From: a virus
Lineage: Duplodnaviria; Caudoviricetes
IMG/VR virus record: IMGVR_UViG_3300021400_001148
Span: 290,810-354,809 of that record
Length of the DNA: 64,000 nucleotides
Reading direction: 5' to 3' (one strand)
Both the position numbers and the translations under genes were made by a program. Below the pieces are notes generated by a model. The model saw only the letters and a program-made list of their open reading frames with translations. It was not told the origin of the DNA and ran no database searches. Shown here in pieces: positions 30,187 through 40,791 of the stretch. Position 1 is the stretch's first letter; every line of letters starts with the position of its first letter.

Positions 30187-31095
30187 ATGAACGGAGTATA
30201 CGGAACAACAAAACCAGCATATCTTACATCTGCCAGCATAAGCACAGATGTGGAAATACTGTACTCATATAGAGCCAATCGAGCTGAGGAACAAAGTGTT
30301 TTTACATCCGTTCCGTCTGGAGAAACGGCCAACTGGCTTACTCCAGTGGAGGTTGAAAATAGCGACGGAAACAGCGAAATAGTTCCCGGCGCATTCAATC
30401 TTCACCTTCCAATGGATATTTTTTCAAGCAAGGGCATTTACACAGTCTATGTAAAGCCAAGAGAAATAAGGGCCAATATTCTTGATGTGGGTGTGCTTTC
30501 GGAATTTCCGGATGTCAGGGGTCTTGTTTTCAAGACATTTACAAACGAGGCCGCTTTCAATACCAACGGGGCGTTGGTTGGCTACCGTGTCGAATATTTC
30601 GGACTCGACAATGCTTCTCGTTCGGAAGACTATACTATTATCACATCCAGCAATAAATGTGCACCTATTATCCAGAATGTGCTCAGCACAAACCAAAAGG
30701 CTGTGAGGTATCGTTTTGATGACTCATCAAATCTTCTCTTCTGTACGGTTTCACCCTCAACATCACCTTCATTCAATGCCAATACGCTGCCATACATTGG
30801 ACGCACCGGTGAATACATAAGGTTGATAAACACCAAATTCGAGCCACAGATGATTGAAGTGGAGATGGTTGAAAATGACGCCGACACACTAAGCGTGATG
30901 CTCGGTGGAAATCAGATAAGGAATCTTGACAATGGCCTTATTACTACATACAATGAGGATAATGAAATCTTCAAACAAGTTGAGTATCTGGCTAAGAAGG
31001 ACGAAGTTGGTAAACCTCTTTATGAAATTAAACGGAATCGGGATACAATCTATCCACAGGATTTTGAAGAAATAGTTAACTTGGACGAAATCTAA
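30187..31095 (+). CDS. putative structural protein
   Basis: 302 aa; TATTTATA motif upstream. Confidence 0.55.
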   Translation: MNGVYGTTKPAYLTSASISTDVEILYSYRANRAEEQSVFTSVPSGETANWLTPVEVENSDGNSEIVPGAFNLHLPMDIFSSKGIYTVYVKPREIRANILDVGVLSEFPDVRGLVFKTFTNEAAFNTNGALVGYRVEYFGLDNASRSEDYTIITSSNKCAPIIQNVLSTNQKAVRYRFDDSSNLLFCTVSPSTSPSFNANTLPYIGRTGEYIRLINTKFEPQMIEVEMVENDADTLSVMLGGNQIRNLDNGLITTYNEDNEIFKQVEYLAKKDEVGKPLYEIKRNRDTIYPQDFEEIVNLDEI

Positions 31096-34000
31096 TGAAA
31101 GTTATAACTTCACATAGCAATTATGTGCTCCGCCGTAAGGCTCAGGCTACAAGCCTTGGGAGTATCTATGAAAGAGACTGGATGACGGTCTCTGAAATGG
31201 ATGGTTTTGCCCCGGGGTTGCTGCCAGTTTATCAGTCTGGTAATTTCAAAATATCCGTCAACGGGGAGGTTAACACCAGGAAAAGATATTCTTACAGTAA
31301 CTGGGTAAAAAACGGTGAAGATGATTTTTGGACATTGGGCAATACAGATGCTATCGAGATTAAGGTAGACAAGACTGTTCTGAAGCCAAACTATACAAGC
31401 CTTCTTGATTTTGCTTACTACGGGTCCGCACAGGAACTCATCCATGCATCTTTTAACGACATCGTAAAAAAATTCCCGGCCGAGGTTTATCTTGGGAATG
31501 ACAAATTCTCTTACCCAAGAGATGGTGAATTCATCACTTTAAAATATTATGGTGATGATTTTACTCTGAACGAAAGCGGAACAACCTTGTTCGAGATTGA
31601 TAACCCGTTCCAAATAGATTTCGGTACTGTTTACATTGAAAAAAGCGACAGCATCAACCCCAACCGTTTTATGTGCCTTTCATCTGACCGTTATGAAGTT
31701 ATATTTCATGAGGGAGAGGTAGATGAACGCAGGTTCGGTCTTTGCTGGGATGTTGACAACCGCAATGTGAGATGTACCGGAATTGACCCGCAAAAGTATA
31801 TCGTAGTGGATAACATCGATGATGTTACTGACCCGGACGAAGCCAAATACTATTTAGTTCCGAATGAGGTGCAGTCAAGTGAAAATTGGCTTGCATACAA
31901 CAAATGGGCTTTCATAGATGGAGAAAAGTACGATATGTCGATGTACTATCTCTATGATTACACTGTGATGTTCACGGCCGACCTCGGGTTTACAACAGTG
32001 TATGGTTTATCAATCAACGGCGAAACAAGACTTTTCCACGACGGCTCATGCACCGGCTTTCATATAAGGCTTAAAGAAGATTACATCAATGAGGCTTTCG
32101 AAAGTTTGGACGATTTCGAGCGTGCTGTTCTCAGTCGTGAAACGGTTCCGAATTACAAAATGGTTCTTGAAACACCGAAAGAGACTGACAGAGGTACTTT
32201 CATTACAATGGAAGAGTATGTTTGCCCGGTAAAGAACGGTTGGAATATTGACATCGAAGGGGCGACATATCAGGTATATGTTGAGCGGCTGCTTAAAATC
32301 GCTGAATATTATGATACATACAGGTCAGACAATATATTGAGGTCATACACACATGAGTCTATCACCAACTTTGACTGGACTACAATGTACGAGACTGAAG
32401 GGCCGGAGATTGACAATGTTCCGATAGACACTGAAAGAATTAAGAATATATTAAGGGTCTATGGAAGACAGTTCGATGACCTTAAGAGATATTTGGAGAA
32501 CATAAAGTTTTCCTATAATCTTTCCTATTCAGCCGAAAACAATGTTCCGGACAATATTCTTTCCAGACTTCTTGAATACAATGGGTGGGATGTGAAGAAT
32601 GTCTCCCCATTGGAGTCCAATACAATAACAGTTAGGAATTGTTATCCGGGAAAAATTTTACGAAGCACCTCAGAAGATGGGAACATAGAATTCATGAGGC
32701 GGCTCAGTCTGAATTCAAGGAATATTCTTTCCAAAAAAGGCACTAGGGCTGCAATTAAAACAATTTTTTCTCTCTTCGGAATCCCGGAGGTAGGTTCTTC
32801 CATACATACCTACAGTACTGATGAAACTGAACGGGCAAAGGTGAATGCTACTGGATATTCGATTGCAGAGTACGATGTTTTCGCAACGAAATTTCCGTCA
32901 GGGAACGAAATTGACAAGATAGAGCAAATAAACGAAAAGAAAGATACTTTCTATAGCGAATACCAAGAAAGTCAGAATAATCTTTCTGGTCTTTTAGTAA
33001 GTTCCGTTGGAGTTGAACAAGGCGAGAATGTTGTTGAGTACCTTGTTCCATGGCACGACAAAACAATGAAATACAATTCCAACCCTTATTTCCAGATGTA
33101 TGGTGGGTGGGGAAAACGGGCCAGTAAAAAAGTACAAATCCCGTTTGCAGAGGATATCACCGAAATAGGAGGCAACGCTTTTTCGTTTGGTTTGTACGAC
33201 GAAACTGCAAAAAATGTCAGGATAGTGAATCACACCTATAATCTGACATCGGTAAGTGCAGACATTGCTGAAAGAGGGATTGTTTATTACTGCCTTGATT
33301 TACAGTATTTCATCAATGCCAATGAGAATGTAGATTCTGATGAGCTGACACATTATTTTGTTTTGAGAGAGGTTGGCGTATGTGACAGGCCTGTCGTTAA
33401 ATATAGTGATGAATATGAGTGGGTTCCGGTTTATTATTCGGATTTTGAAGATTTGGAAACAGAAACATTCGGCTACAATGCAGCAAGAGTTCTTTATTGT
33501 GAATCGGTTAACGACACGATTTTAGGCAATAACCCTCATAACGGGAAGTCGCTTTATGATGATGGTGAAGGTTATTTCGAGTTTTACCAGAAAATTTTCA
33601 AGTCAAGTGAAGATGATGAAAATTACTTTGCCAGATATAAGGCTGAGTTGGGTGAGCAAAACGCATCAATATCATATAAAAACAGGTTCGTTAATCCGGA
33701 AAGCCCAATGCCTTTCATTGAAGACATTACGAGCAACGCCCTTGACTATGGGTTCGGGGTTTTTGTTGCCGGCAAACTCAATCTCAAAGAAGACAACCGC
33801 AAAGTATGGTTTTATCTGAGGGATGATTCTTTGGAGAATTGGGTTGGAACATTGTCAAAAAGAGAAGGTAAAGACGGGGAGTGGGGAAATGTTAATCCCG
33901 CTGAAGATTTTGCATTTAGCATACAATCCCCGGAAAATGAGTTTGTGCCGGTAAAAATCGACGGCGGCACTTCAAATACTGAACTTTCAAGTTATTCGGT

Positions 34001-34349
34001 GCTGAATAGTAAAAAACTTGTCATAACCTATTCTCTTTCGAAATATTACAAGGATTACATTACAAATGTGGTTGAATCGTACATCAAACAAGTGGTTCCA
34101 TCAACAACAATTCTTGAATTTGTTTGGAAAGAGACAGAGAGTGAAAGCGACTGCAGGTCTGAAATATTTGGGATGGTTGGAAACGACCCGTTTGTTTTTG
34201 GTGTGCTTTCAGATGAAGACATGAGTGTTGCCAGCAGCGCACTAGGGCTGTCCCCGGGAAGAAAAAATGTTAAGGCCAAGGCTGAAAAAACGAAGTTCTC
34301 CGTAACTTCAAAAAATGTGAATAAGAGCACAATAGGAACCGTGGAATAA
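31095..34349 (+). CDS. baseplate protein (gp7/tail protein I-like core)
   Basis: NSRNILSKKGTRAAIKTIFSLFG motif; C-terminal YIKQVVPST. Confidence 0.6.
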   Translation: MKVITSHSNYVLRRKAQATSLGSIYERDWMTVSEMDGFAPGLLPVYQSGNFKISVNGEVNTRKRYSYSNWVKNGEDDFWTLGNTDAIEIKVDKTVLKPNYTSLLDFAYYGSAQELIHASFNDIVKKFPAEVYLGNDKFSYPRDGEFITLKYYGDDFTLNESGTTLFEIDNPFQIDFGTVYIEKSDSINPNRFMCLSSDRYEVIFHEGEVDERRFGLCWDVDNRNVRCTGIDPQKYIVVDNIDDVTDPDEAKYYLVPNEVQSSENWLAYNKWAFIDGEKYDMSMYYLYDYTVMFTADLGFTTVYGLSINGETRLFHDGSCTGFHIRLKEDYINEAFESLDDFERAVLSRETVPNYKMVLETPKETDRGTFITMEEYVCPVKNGWNIDIEGATYQVYVERLLKIAEYYDTYRSDNILRSYTHESITNFDWTTMYETEGPEIDNVPIDTERIKNILRVYGRQFDDLKRYLENIKFSYNLSYSAENNVPDNILSRLLEYNGWDVKNVSPLESNTITVRNCYPGKILRSTSEDGNIEFMRRLSLNSRNILSKKGTRAAIKTIFSLFGIPEVGSSIHTYSTDETERAKVNATGYSIAEYDVFATKFPSGNEIDKIEQINEKKDTFYSEYQESQNNLSGLLVSSVGVEQGENVVEYLVPWHDKTMKYNSNPYFQMYGGWGKRASKKVQIPFAEDITEIGGNAFSFGLYDETAKNVRIVNHTYNLTSVSADIAERGIVYYCLDLQYFINANENVDSDELTHYFVLREVGVCDRPVVKYSDEYEWVPVYYSDFEDLETETFGYNAARVLYCESVNDTILGNNPHNGKSLYDDGEGYFEFYQKIFKSSEDDENYFARYKAELGEQNASISYKNRFVNPESPMPFIEDITSNALDYGFGVFVAGKLNLKEDNRKVWFYLRDDSLENWVGTLSKREGKDGEWGNVNPAEDFAFSIQSPENEFVPVKIDGGTSNTELSSYSVLNSKKLVITYSLSKYYKDYITNVVESYIKQVVPSTTILEFVWKETESESDCRSEIFGMVGNDPFVFGVLSDEDMSVASSALGLSPGRKNVKAKAEKTKFSVTSKNVNKSTIGTVE

Positions 34350-34621
34350 TGGGAAAGGTATACGCGTGGAAAATATATATGAACGATGGCGGGGTTAAGT
34401 ATTGCTATATTCCGACAGAATCTGGCGAAACCTGTGTTGTTGATACACCACAGGATATACCATCCTGCTCTGCCGATTATGTACGAGGCCTTACCACGGA
34501 AGAAGCATATAAAGAGGCATTCCAAAATATGATAGACGGAATTGATGATGAATGTATAAAGAAAACACTGAAATCATATTCCGCTTATTACGATATTGGG
34601 TGTGACAAAGCATTGAATTAA
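34349..34621 (+). CDS. small protein paralogous to the N-terminus of the next gene
   Basis: MGKVYAWK..YKEAFQNM..LKS..YY..C. Confidence 0.65.
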   Translation: MGKVYAWKIYMNDGGVKYCYIPTESGETCVVDTPQDIPSCSADYVRGLTTEEAYKEAFQNMIDGIDDECIKKTLKSYSAYYDIGCDKALN

Positions 34622-34622
34622 A

Positions 34623-36200
34623 ATGGGAAGAGTATACGCTTGGAAATTGAACGCCGTTACAAGTTCGGACAAGAGCACTTGGCCGGTGATATACTCGTGG
34701 TTGTCCGCCCCGGGGGAACCGACCAATAGTGAGGAAGTTTCACCGTTTGATGATTCTTATCTGATACGCTCGGGTGAGTACGCTAAAACATTGGGTGATT
34801 TCATCGCTTATAAGGCTGCATTTGAAAGAATGATGTCTGCTCTTCCTCGTGCATATGCTTGCACCTCGAGCCTTAAGTCCCCTGAATATTATTTCAGTGA
34901 CGAGTGTGAGTGGGGTATACCGGGTCAGAATGAATACTGCGGGATTGAAAGGGCTCCGGAAACTATTATTACCGACATTTCCGTGACGCCGGCTTCCGGG
35001 TATGGGAAAACATATACTTTTTCTTTAAAGGGCGAGAATATAGAGAGAATAACATTCTATCTCGATACTACAGAAATTGAATATGAATCCGATTGTGATG
35101 GAAGACTGTGTACCTTTACCGGCTCCGTCACTGTAGAGGATTTTACAACCCACACGGTTTCTTATTTAACACGGGGTGGTTTGGAAGGCGGTGCTACATT
35201 TGAAAGGAAACCGATTTCAATTACTTTCACAGAAACCGCTGCAACTGTTCCCAATACCGCAACGACATACACCTTTAACTATAGTAGGATTCCTACCACT
35301 GGCGGCCGCGTAACTTGGTCAAAGAGTGAAGGCACCACTTTGACAACCGGAGCGACATCAGTAGCATTCGGATTCCCGGAGAATATGGCTTTGGAGGATA
35401 CTTCTTATTATGTTACCGCAACATACAGCCTTAGTGGACAGACGGCCACAGCAAGGTTCGACCTTACACAGTCAGCAAGGCCTGACTACCGGCTTGCGTG
35501 GAAGCCAGAATATAAAAATGTTGAGATTGCCTATTATCCGGGAATGTCAACAATAGAATACACCTCGCACTTAATTGATGACAATGAAATCAGTGTGACT
35601 TGTCCGGACACTTCCATAACAGTGTCCAAAGTGTCTGCAGGTGTTGTTCGCGTAGAGTATCCAGAAAACACTGGTTCAACAGAGAAAGTTTTCTCAATAG
35701 TATTATCATCGCCATACACCGCAAGTGACACATCAGTCTTTACACAAAGTGTTGGGGCATCACTGAGCATTGAGATGCCTGAATGTGCTCCACTGTCAGG
35801 CGGCATAGTTACTGTTACAGCGACAACTAACTATGCAAGGATAGAGCCGGAGGGGGTCATTGTTGCTGACAGTGATAACGAGTGCGGTGGTATTCAGTCT
35901 GTTAATGTTGCAAGCAACACTACAAGCACACAGGCGGCGGGTGGAAAAGTTACTATTAGTATTCATCTCAAAGACCAGGTGAATCCACACGAACCACCGC
36001 AACCTCCTATAGGTAAGGAAAAACTTCTTATAGATAAGGAAGGATATGCGAAGAAATATGTTTATCTGGGCTGTTCAGAGAATATTAGTGTAAGTATTAG
36101 TAAACTTACAACTCTTCTTTCGGTGAACATTGAAGCAACCACTGGTGATGGTACTATTATAACAGATTCCGCATCAATGCCAATTGACAATAGTTGCTAA
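34623..36200 (+). CDS. Ig/BACON-like repeat virion appendage
   Basis: Thr-rich beta strands; PEN...TQ motifs typical of BACON-like domains. Confidence 0.55.
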   Translation: MGRVYAWKLNAVTSSDKSTWPVIYSWLSAPGEPTNSEEVSPFDDSYLIRSGEYAKTLGDFIAYKAAFERMMSALPRAYACTSSLKSPEYYFSDECEWGIPGQNEYCGIERAPETIITDISVTPASGYGKTYTFSLKGENIERITFYLDTTEIEYESDCDGRLCTFTGSVTVEDFTTHTVSYLTRGGLEGGATFERKPISITFTETAATVPNTATTYTFNYSRIPTTGGRVTWSKSEGTTLTTGATSVAFGFPENMALEDTSYYVTATYSLSGQTATARFDLTQSARPDYRLAWKPEYKNVEIAYYPGMSTIEYTSHLIDDNEISVTCPDTSITVSKVSAGVVRVEYPENTGSTEKVFSIVLSSPYTASDTSVFTQSVGASLSIEMPECAPLSGGIVTVTATTNYARIEPEGVIVADSDNECGGIQSVNVASNTTSTQAAGGKVTISIHLKDQVNPHEPPQPPIGKEKLLIDKEGYAKKYVYLGCSENISVSISKLTTLLSVNIEATTGDGTIITDSASMPIDNSC

Positions 36201-36201
36201 T

Positions 36202-36245
36202 TGCGCCCAAAATATCATTCTTTCGAATATTATTTGTATATTTGC
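36202..36245 (+). promoter_or_regulatory. TGCGCC-N29-TATATTTG promoter
   Basis: Boxes at 36202-36207 and 36237-36244. Confidence 0.75.
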
Positions 36246-36253
36246 CTTCGAAA

Positions 36254-36303
36254 AGGAAACAAACAGCAATTTAAACAAACAGGTTAGTTATGAATAGTTT
36301 TCT
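36254..36303 (+). promoter_or_regulatory. ACAGCAA leader stem-loop enclosing the start codon of the DUF2828-like gene
   Basis: AGGAAAC(36254-60) pairs GTTTTCT(36297-303); ACAGCAAT at 36263-70; ATG at 36290. Confidence 0.55.
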
Positions 36304-37936
36304 GAAGGCAGCACAAACTTCCGAGGGAAGTGCTTATACTGAGAATGGTGCAATCTCTTACGCGTCAACTGGTTCCGAACTTGTCGACCAGTTTGGAAAG
36401 GCCGGGGCATATCGTGGCCGTGACATTTCTGTGGTTTTTGATGAACAGGCAAGACTCTACAACGAGAATCCAGAGGCGGCAATCAAGTTCCCGTTTTATC
36501 TTCGTCTTATCACTCGTCAGGTGAAACTCGAAAACGGAGAAAAAACAGAAAAAGTCCAGAGGGGTGCCGGTTCCCGTGATGAGGCGTACAAAAGGCTTCT
36601 GTGGTTTGCGGAATATCAGCCCGATGTTTTTTACCGTAACCTTCCCCTTCTTCCTCTTATAGGTTCGTGGAAGGATATTTGGCAAATTCTTTCCCTTGAC
36701 ATGGATAATCACAATGTGATTAACCATTCAAAGGTGTACGGGGTCATTGCTGATGGTATTGTCAATGAGCACACTACGGACCTTGCAAGGAAGTATCTCC
36801 CTCGCATCAGGTCTGAAAAGAAGTGTACCACCCCGTGGGCAAAAAATACTAATCGTCTCGCAAAGGAGTTTGTGAATTTCCTTAATCGGGTTCTTCCTGA
36901 TGGTTACACTTATTCTGATTACCGCGAACTGAAATCTGAGGGTAAAGCACATAAGTTCCAGCAGTATATAACCAAGGGGCTGTATGATAGTATAGATTTT
37001 AAGACAATTCCCGGAAAGGCGCTGTTGAACCTTGTTTCAGGAGCATTTTTAACAAAACACGGCCTACTGGACAAGTATACCGAGTGGCTCAAGTCACAAC
37101 CAACGGTGAAATTCAATGGATATCCATACGAACTTGGGGTTAAATTGTATAACGGTGGGAAATCTCTTGCTGTAAGGATTACCGTTGACAAACAGTTCGA
37201 AACCCTTATCGAAACCGGGAAAAAGGATGGCGGTGCAATCAAGGGAAATGTTTGGTGCGCACTTGATACAAGTGGTTCGATGATGGCAAGAATTAATGGA
37301 AATACACTTTCACCTTACATCGTGTGCAAATCACTTGGCATATACTTTTCCACATTGAATGAAGGCGCATTCCATAAGAATGTTATTATGTTTGACAATT
37401 TCAGTCGAATTAAACAACTTTCAGGGTCTTTTTCGGAGATGTGGGAACAGATTCCGCAAAATGCTATGGGTTCCACAAACTTCCAGAGCGTTGTAGACGA
37501 GATTGTTCGGGTTAGGAAAGCAAAGCCGGAAATCCCACTTTCGGATTACCCTTCCACACTTCTTGTGGTGTCGGATATGCAGTTTAACCCTGCCGGCTCT
37601 TACACATGGGAAGAAAGGACGGCATCACAATCTGATATTGAAACAAATATCAATGCGGCAAAGAGGAAACTTCGCCAAGAATTTCCAGATGATTGGGTTG
37701 AAGGTTTCAAGTTCGTTTGGTGGAATGTAGCCGGCCGTCCAACCGATGATTTCCCAGCAACACTTGACCACGGCGGAAGTTATTTCTTCTCCGGTTTTGA
37801 TGGCGCGGTTATCTCACTGCTTCTTGGCAGTCAGACAGAAGTGGTAGATAAGACTACTGGTGAAAAGCGTCAGCCTACCGCAGAGGAATTGGTGGACGCC
37901 GCATTGAACCAAGAAATTCTTTCACTTGTTAAGTGA
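36290..37936 (+). CDS. DUF2828/TROVE-like protein with C-terminal vWA domain
   Basis: TENGA.SY.STG N-terminus; RGAG.R; GSWKD; MIDAS DTSGS; STNF; SDMQF; WNV; SGF. Confidence 0.85.
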   Translation: MNSFLKAAQTSEGSAYTENGAISYASTGSELVDQFGKAGAYRGRDISVVFDEQARLYNENPEAAIKFPFYLRLITRQVKLENGEKTEKVQRGAGSRDEAYKRLLWFAEYQPDVFYRNLPLLPLIGSWKDIWQILSLDMDNHNVINHSKVYGVIADGIVNEHTTDLARKYLPRIRSEKKCTTPWAKNTNRLAKEFVNFLNRVLPDGYTYSDYRELKSEGKAHKFQQYITKGLYDSIDFKTIPGKALLNLVSGAFLTKHGLLDKYTEWLKSQPTVKFNGYPYELGVKLYNGGKSLAVRITVDKQFETLIETGKKDGGAIKGNVWCALDTSGSMMARINGNTLSPYIVCKSLGIYFSTLNEGAFHKNVIMFDNFSRIKQLSGSFSEMWEQIPQNAMGSTNFQSVVDEIVRVRKAKPEIPLSDYPSTLLVVSDMQFNPAGSYTWEERTASQSDIETNINAAKRKLRQEFPDDWVEGFKFVWWNVAGRPTDDFPATLDHGGSYFFSGFDGAVISLLLGSQTEVVDKTTGEKRQPTAEELVDAALNQEILSLVK

Positions 37937-37941
37937 AAAAG

Positions 37942-37969
37942 AAATCCCCTCTTTTGAGAGGGGATTTTT
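37942..37969. terminator. bidirectional terminator
   Basis: AAATCCCCTC/GAGGGGATTT between convergent genes. Confidence 0.75.
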
Positions 37970-37973
37970 CTGT

Positions 37974-38705
37974 TTAGGCTCTAAAATCATTTTTATTCAA
38001 AGTACTGTCCGGTCTTACATTTTTAACATGTTTGACCACATCGTTAATTTCTTTGGGATTGTCTGACCTGTTAATTCCGTCACCACCATTCCAAGAATTG
38101 GTTTCCGGATTAAATTCATTTCTTATTCGGTTAGTTCTTGGGGTATAATCTATGGGGTTCCTAGTGGGATTTTCACTGTCTTTTTCATAAAAGTCTACAT
38201 TATCATCACTATCCAGCCAATATTTAGCAACAACATTGCTATTAGGGTCATTTGCTAGTTGATTGTATGTTTTTCTAAGCTGGTATGCTCTGCCGTGCTG
38301 CCCCAATCGGTCCATTTTATCATATGTTCTTTTAATAGTAGCATAATCACGGCCAGTGCCATTTATTTCGTTAAGGACACGGATGACACTTTCCTTTATG
38401 ATATCACGAAGTTCGCTTTCTTTGAGATATCCTCCGAGAGGAATTGCCGGATGATTTCCATGCTTGTAATCATGATAGTCTATTGCCCCACCTTCTGAGC
38501 CTTTCTCTGCTTCTTGTGCGCGAAGCCTCTCATAGTATGCTTTTTTTGCGGCCCGCTTTTTTTCAATATACTGCTCATATTCTTCAGGACTCAGGTTCCT
38601 GTTTTGTCTTTCGTGGTATGCATATTCATCCATCATTCCCTCGACAGATTCCCTGACAAGTTTTATAAGGGTTGCTTCATTTATCTTAACAGTACTCATT
38701 CTCAT
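37974..38705 (-). CDS. putative head-associated protein with two INE/LKE helix motifs
   Basis: KINEATLIKLVRESV and LKESELRDIIKESVIRVLNE; TATTTATA upstream. Confidence 0.6.
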   Translation of the reverse strand: MRMSTVKINEATLIKLVRESVEGMMDEYAYHERQNRNLSPEEYEQYIEKKRAAKKAYYERLRAQEAEKGSEGGAIDYHDYKHGNHPAIPLGGYLKESELRDIIKESVIRVLNEINGTGRDYATIKRTYDKMDRLGQHGRAYQLRKTYNQLANDPNSNVVAKYWLDSDDNVDFYEKDSENPTRNPIDYTPRTNRIRNEFNPETNSWNGGDGINRSDNPKEINDVVKHVKNVRPDSTLNKNDFRA

Positions 38706-38772
38706 TAATTTTAATATAAATAGTCTGTTAACGGTGATTTTTTTGTATATTTGTCAATAGAATCTATATTGT

Positions 38773-40776
38773 ATGGCTATATCAGCAAAAAAGAAAATGG
38801 AGGCACTGGATATTCTTCAAGGGTATTCGGGACGGAATCCTTATATATTGATGGTTAAAAAAGATGTGCTCATCAATAAAGAAGAGTTCACTGATTTTCA
38901 CGCGGAATACATTCTCACAAACTACAATAAAGAGCCAAAACCTATCAATAAAATTACCAAAATACCCGAGTGGTATGGGGAGAAGAAGAAAGAGGATTGG
39001 GAGTTGGATTTTACACCTAAAGTACTCCTCATTGTATCTTATCTCGGGGAAACAAGTACAACATATAATTGTTATGTCCAGTATCGGAAGTCAGTTCCGG
39101 CAGTAATGGCTTTTCTCCCCAAAAAGGCCGTTTTGAATAATTTCCTTGTAGATGATTATAGGGAAATGCCGGTGAACTTCGAAAAATATGACGCCATTAC
39201 AACAAGAAAAGACCCCAACAGAAAACTCCGCGACCATCAAAAAGATGCTGTAAAGTTCCTCCTGTCTAGGAAAAAGTGTATACTTGCTGATGGTATGGGG
39301 TTAGGAAAATCAGTTGAACTCACCGTGGCTGCATTGGAGGGGCAATTTGAACGGGTTCTCATTATCTGCCCCGCATCAATTAAAACTACTTGGAGAAAAG
39401 AACTCGAGTGGTATGTTGAACCTTCTCAGATAACAATAATAGAATCTTTTGACAAAAAGAACAAATCTGAACTGGAAGAATTTCTGGGCTACCCCGTCGG
39501 TAAATCAAGAATGACGGTTGGCGAACTTAAAGCGGAAGCGAAAGAAAAAGGTAAATGGAAAAACAACAAATTCGTTATAGTTAATTATGACATACTCGAT
39601 GATGTTTATAAGATACCTGTAACGAGAAGTAGGGAAAACATACAAAAGGCTTATGAAAAGTCACCAATGCTTCAGTATATTGAAAATCACTACTCCCTCG
39701 TGATTATTGATGAGGCACACAGGCTTTCGAACACAACTTCGAATCGTTACAAAATTATAAGGGATTTCCTGAAGAGAGGGGACCCTGCCGCCATTTATGA
39801 AGCGACAGGTACCCCGATTACAAATCGCCCCCTCAATCTTTTCAATGTGCTTTCTTTTTTGGATGACCCGATTATTCAGAATTGGGAAGACTATGTAAAG
39901 AGGTATTGTAATGGGTTCCAAATTCCAGCAAAGGGTGAAAAGGAAAAGTGGACCAATATATTCTGCAAAAAATACAAAATTTCCAATAAGTGGCAGATGA
40001 CATACAAGCAATCGGAAGATTGTAAGAAATTTATCAGTGACAATGCAAGAAAGATTTGGATTACTGAAGGTGAAAGTAATCTTGAAGAACTGAAAGAGAG
40101 AGTTGGGCATATCTATCTCAGGAGGGTCAAAGAGGACATACCGGGCATGGTCAAGAAAGAAATTCACGAATTTTTCTATGACCTTACGGATGAACAAAGA
40201 AGGGAATATAATAAACTTTGGGACGAATATGAGAAGCAGAGGCTCGAACTCGACCCGGCCCTCGAAATAAACAAAGAACTTATAGAAGGTTCGATTTATA
40301 GGAGATACCTTTCAAATGAAATGGTGCCTTATACAATAGAGTTGGCCGAGTCCCTCTTAGATGAAGGGAGAAAGGTTGTGATTGGCTGCTGTTACGATGA
40401 AGAACTTTACAGGTTGCAAGATTATTTTAAAGACCGCTGTGTAGTTTATAATGGAAAAATGGATAGCAAACAGAAAGACAGAGCACAGACGGCCTTTATG
40501 GAGAATCCGGAAGTGAAGGTTTTCATCGGGAACATAAATGCCGCTGGCGTGGGACTGACACTCACCGCATCCAACGCATTAATCTTTAACGATTTTGATT
40601 ATGTTCCGGGTAACAATGCACAATTTGCGGATAGAGTTCACCGCCTGACATCCAAAGAAGATGTTGACATATTCTATCAGATTTTCCGAGGTACACAATA
40701 TGAAAAAATGTGGAACATCGTTCTAAGAAAAGATTTGGTCATTGATGCCGTTGTCAAGAAAGAAGACGAAAAATAG
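38773..40776 (+). CDS. SNF2-family helicase
   Basis: LADGMGLGKS, DEAH, TGTP, GVGLTLTA, Q..DRVHR. Confidence 0.9.
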   Translation: MAISAKKKMEALDILQGYSGRNPYILMVKKDVLINKEEFTDFHAEYILTNYNKEPKPINKITKIPEWYGEKKKEDWELDFTPKVLLIVSYLGETSTTYNCYVQYRKSVPAVMAFLPKKAVLNNFLVDDYREMPVNFEKYDAITTRKDPNRKLRDHQKDAVKFLLSRKKCILADGMGLGKSVELTVAALEGQFERVLIICPASIKTTWRKELEWYVEPSQITIIESFDKKNKSELEEFLGYPVGKSRMTVGELKAEAKEKGKWKNNKFVIVNYDILDDVYKIPVTRSRENIQKAYEKSPMLQYIENHYSLVIIDEAHRLSNTTSNRYKIIRDFLKRGDPAAIYEATGTPITNRPLNLFNVLSFLDDPIIQNWEDYVKRYCNGFQIPAKGEKEKWTNIFCKKYKISNKWQMTYKQSEDCKKFISDNARKIWITEGESNLEELKERVGHIYLRRVKEDIPGMVKKEIHEFFYDLTDEQRREYNKLWDEYEKQRLELDPALEINKELIEGSIYRRYLSNEMVPYTIELAESLLDEGRKVVIGCCYDEELYRLQDYFKDRCVVYNGKMDSKQKDRAQTAFMENPEVKVFIGNINAAGVGLTLTASNALIFNDFDYVPGNNAQFADRVHRLTSKEDVDIFYQIFRGTQYEKMWNIVLRKDLVIDAVVKKEDEK

Positions 40777-40791
40777 TTGTATATTTGCACT

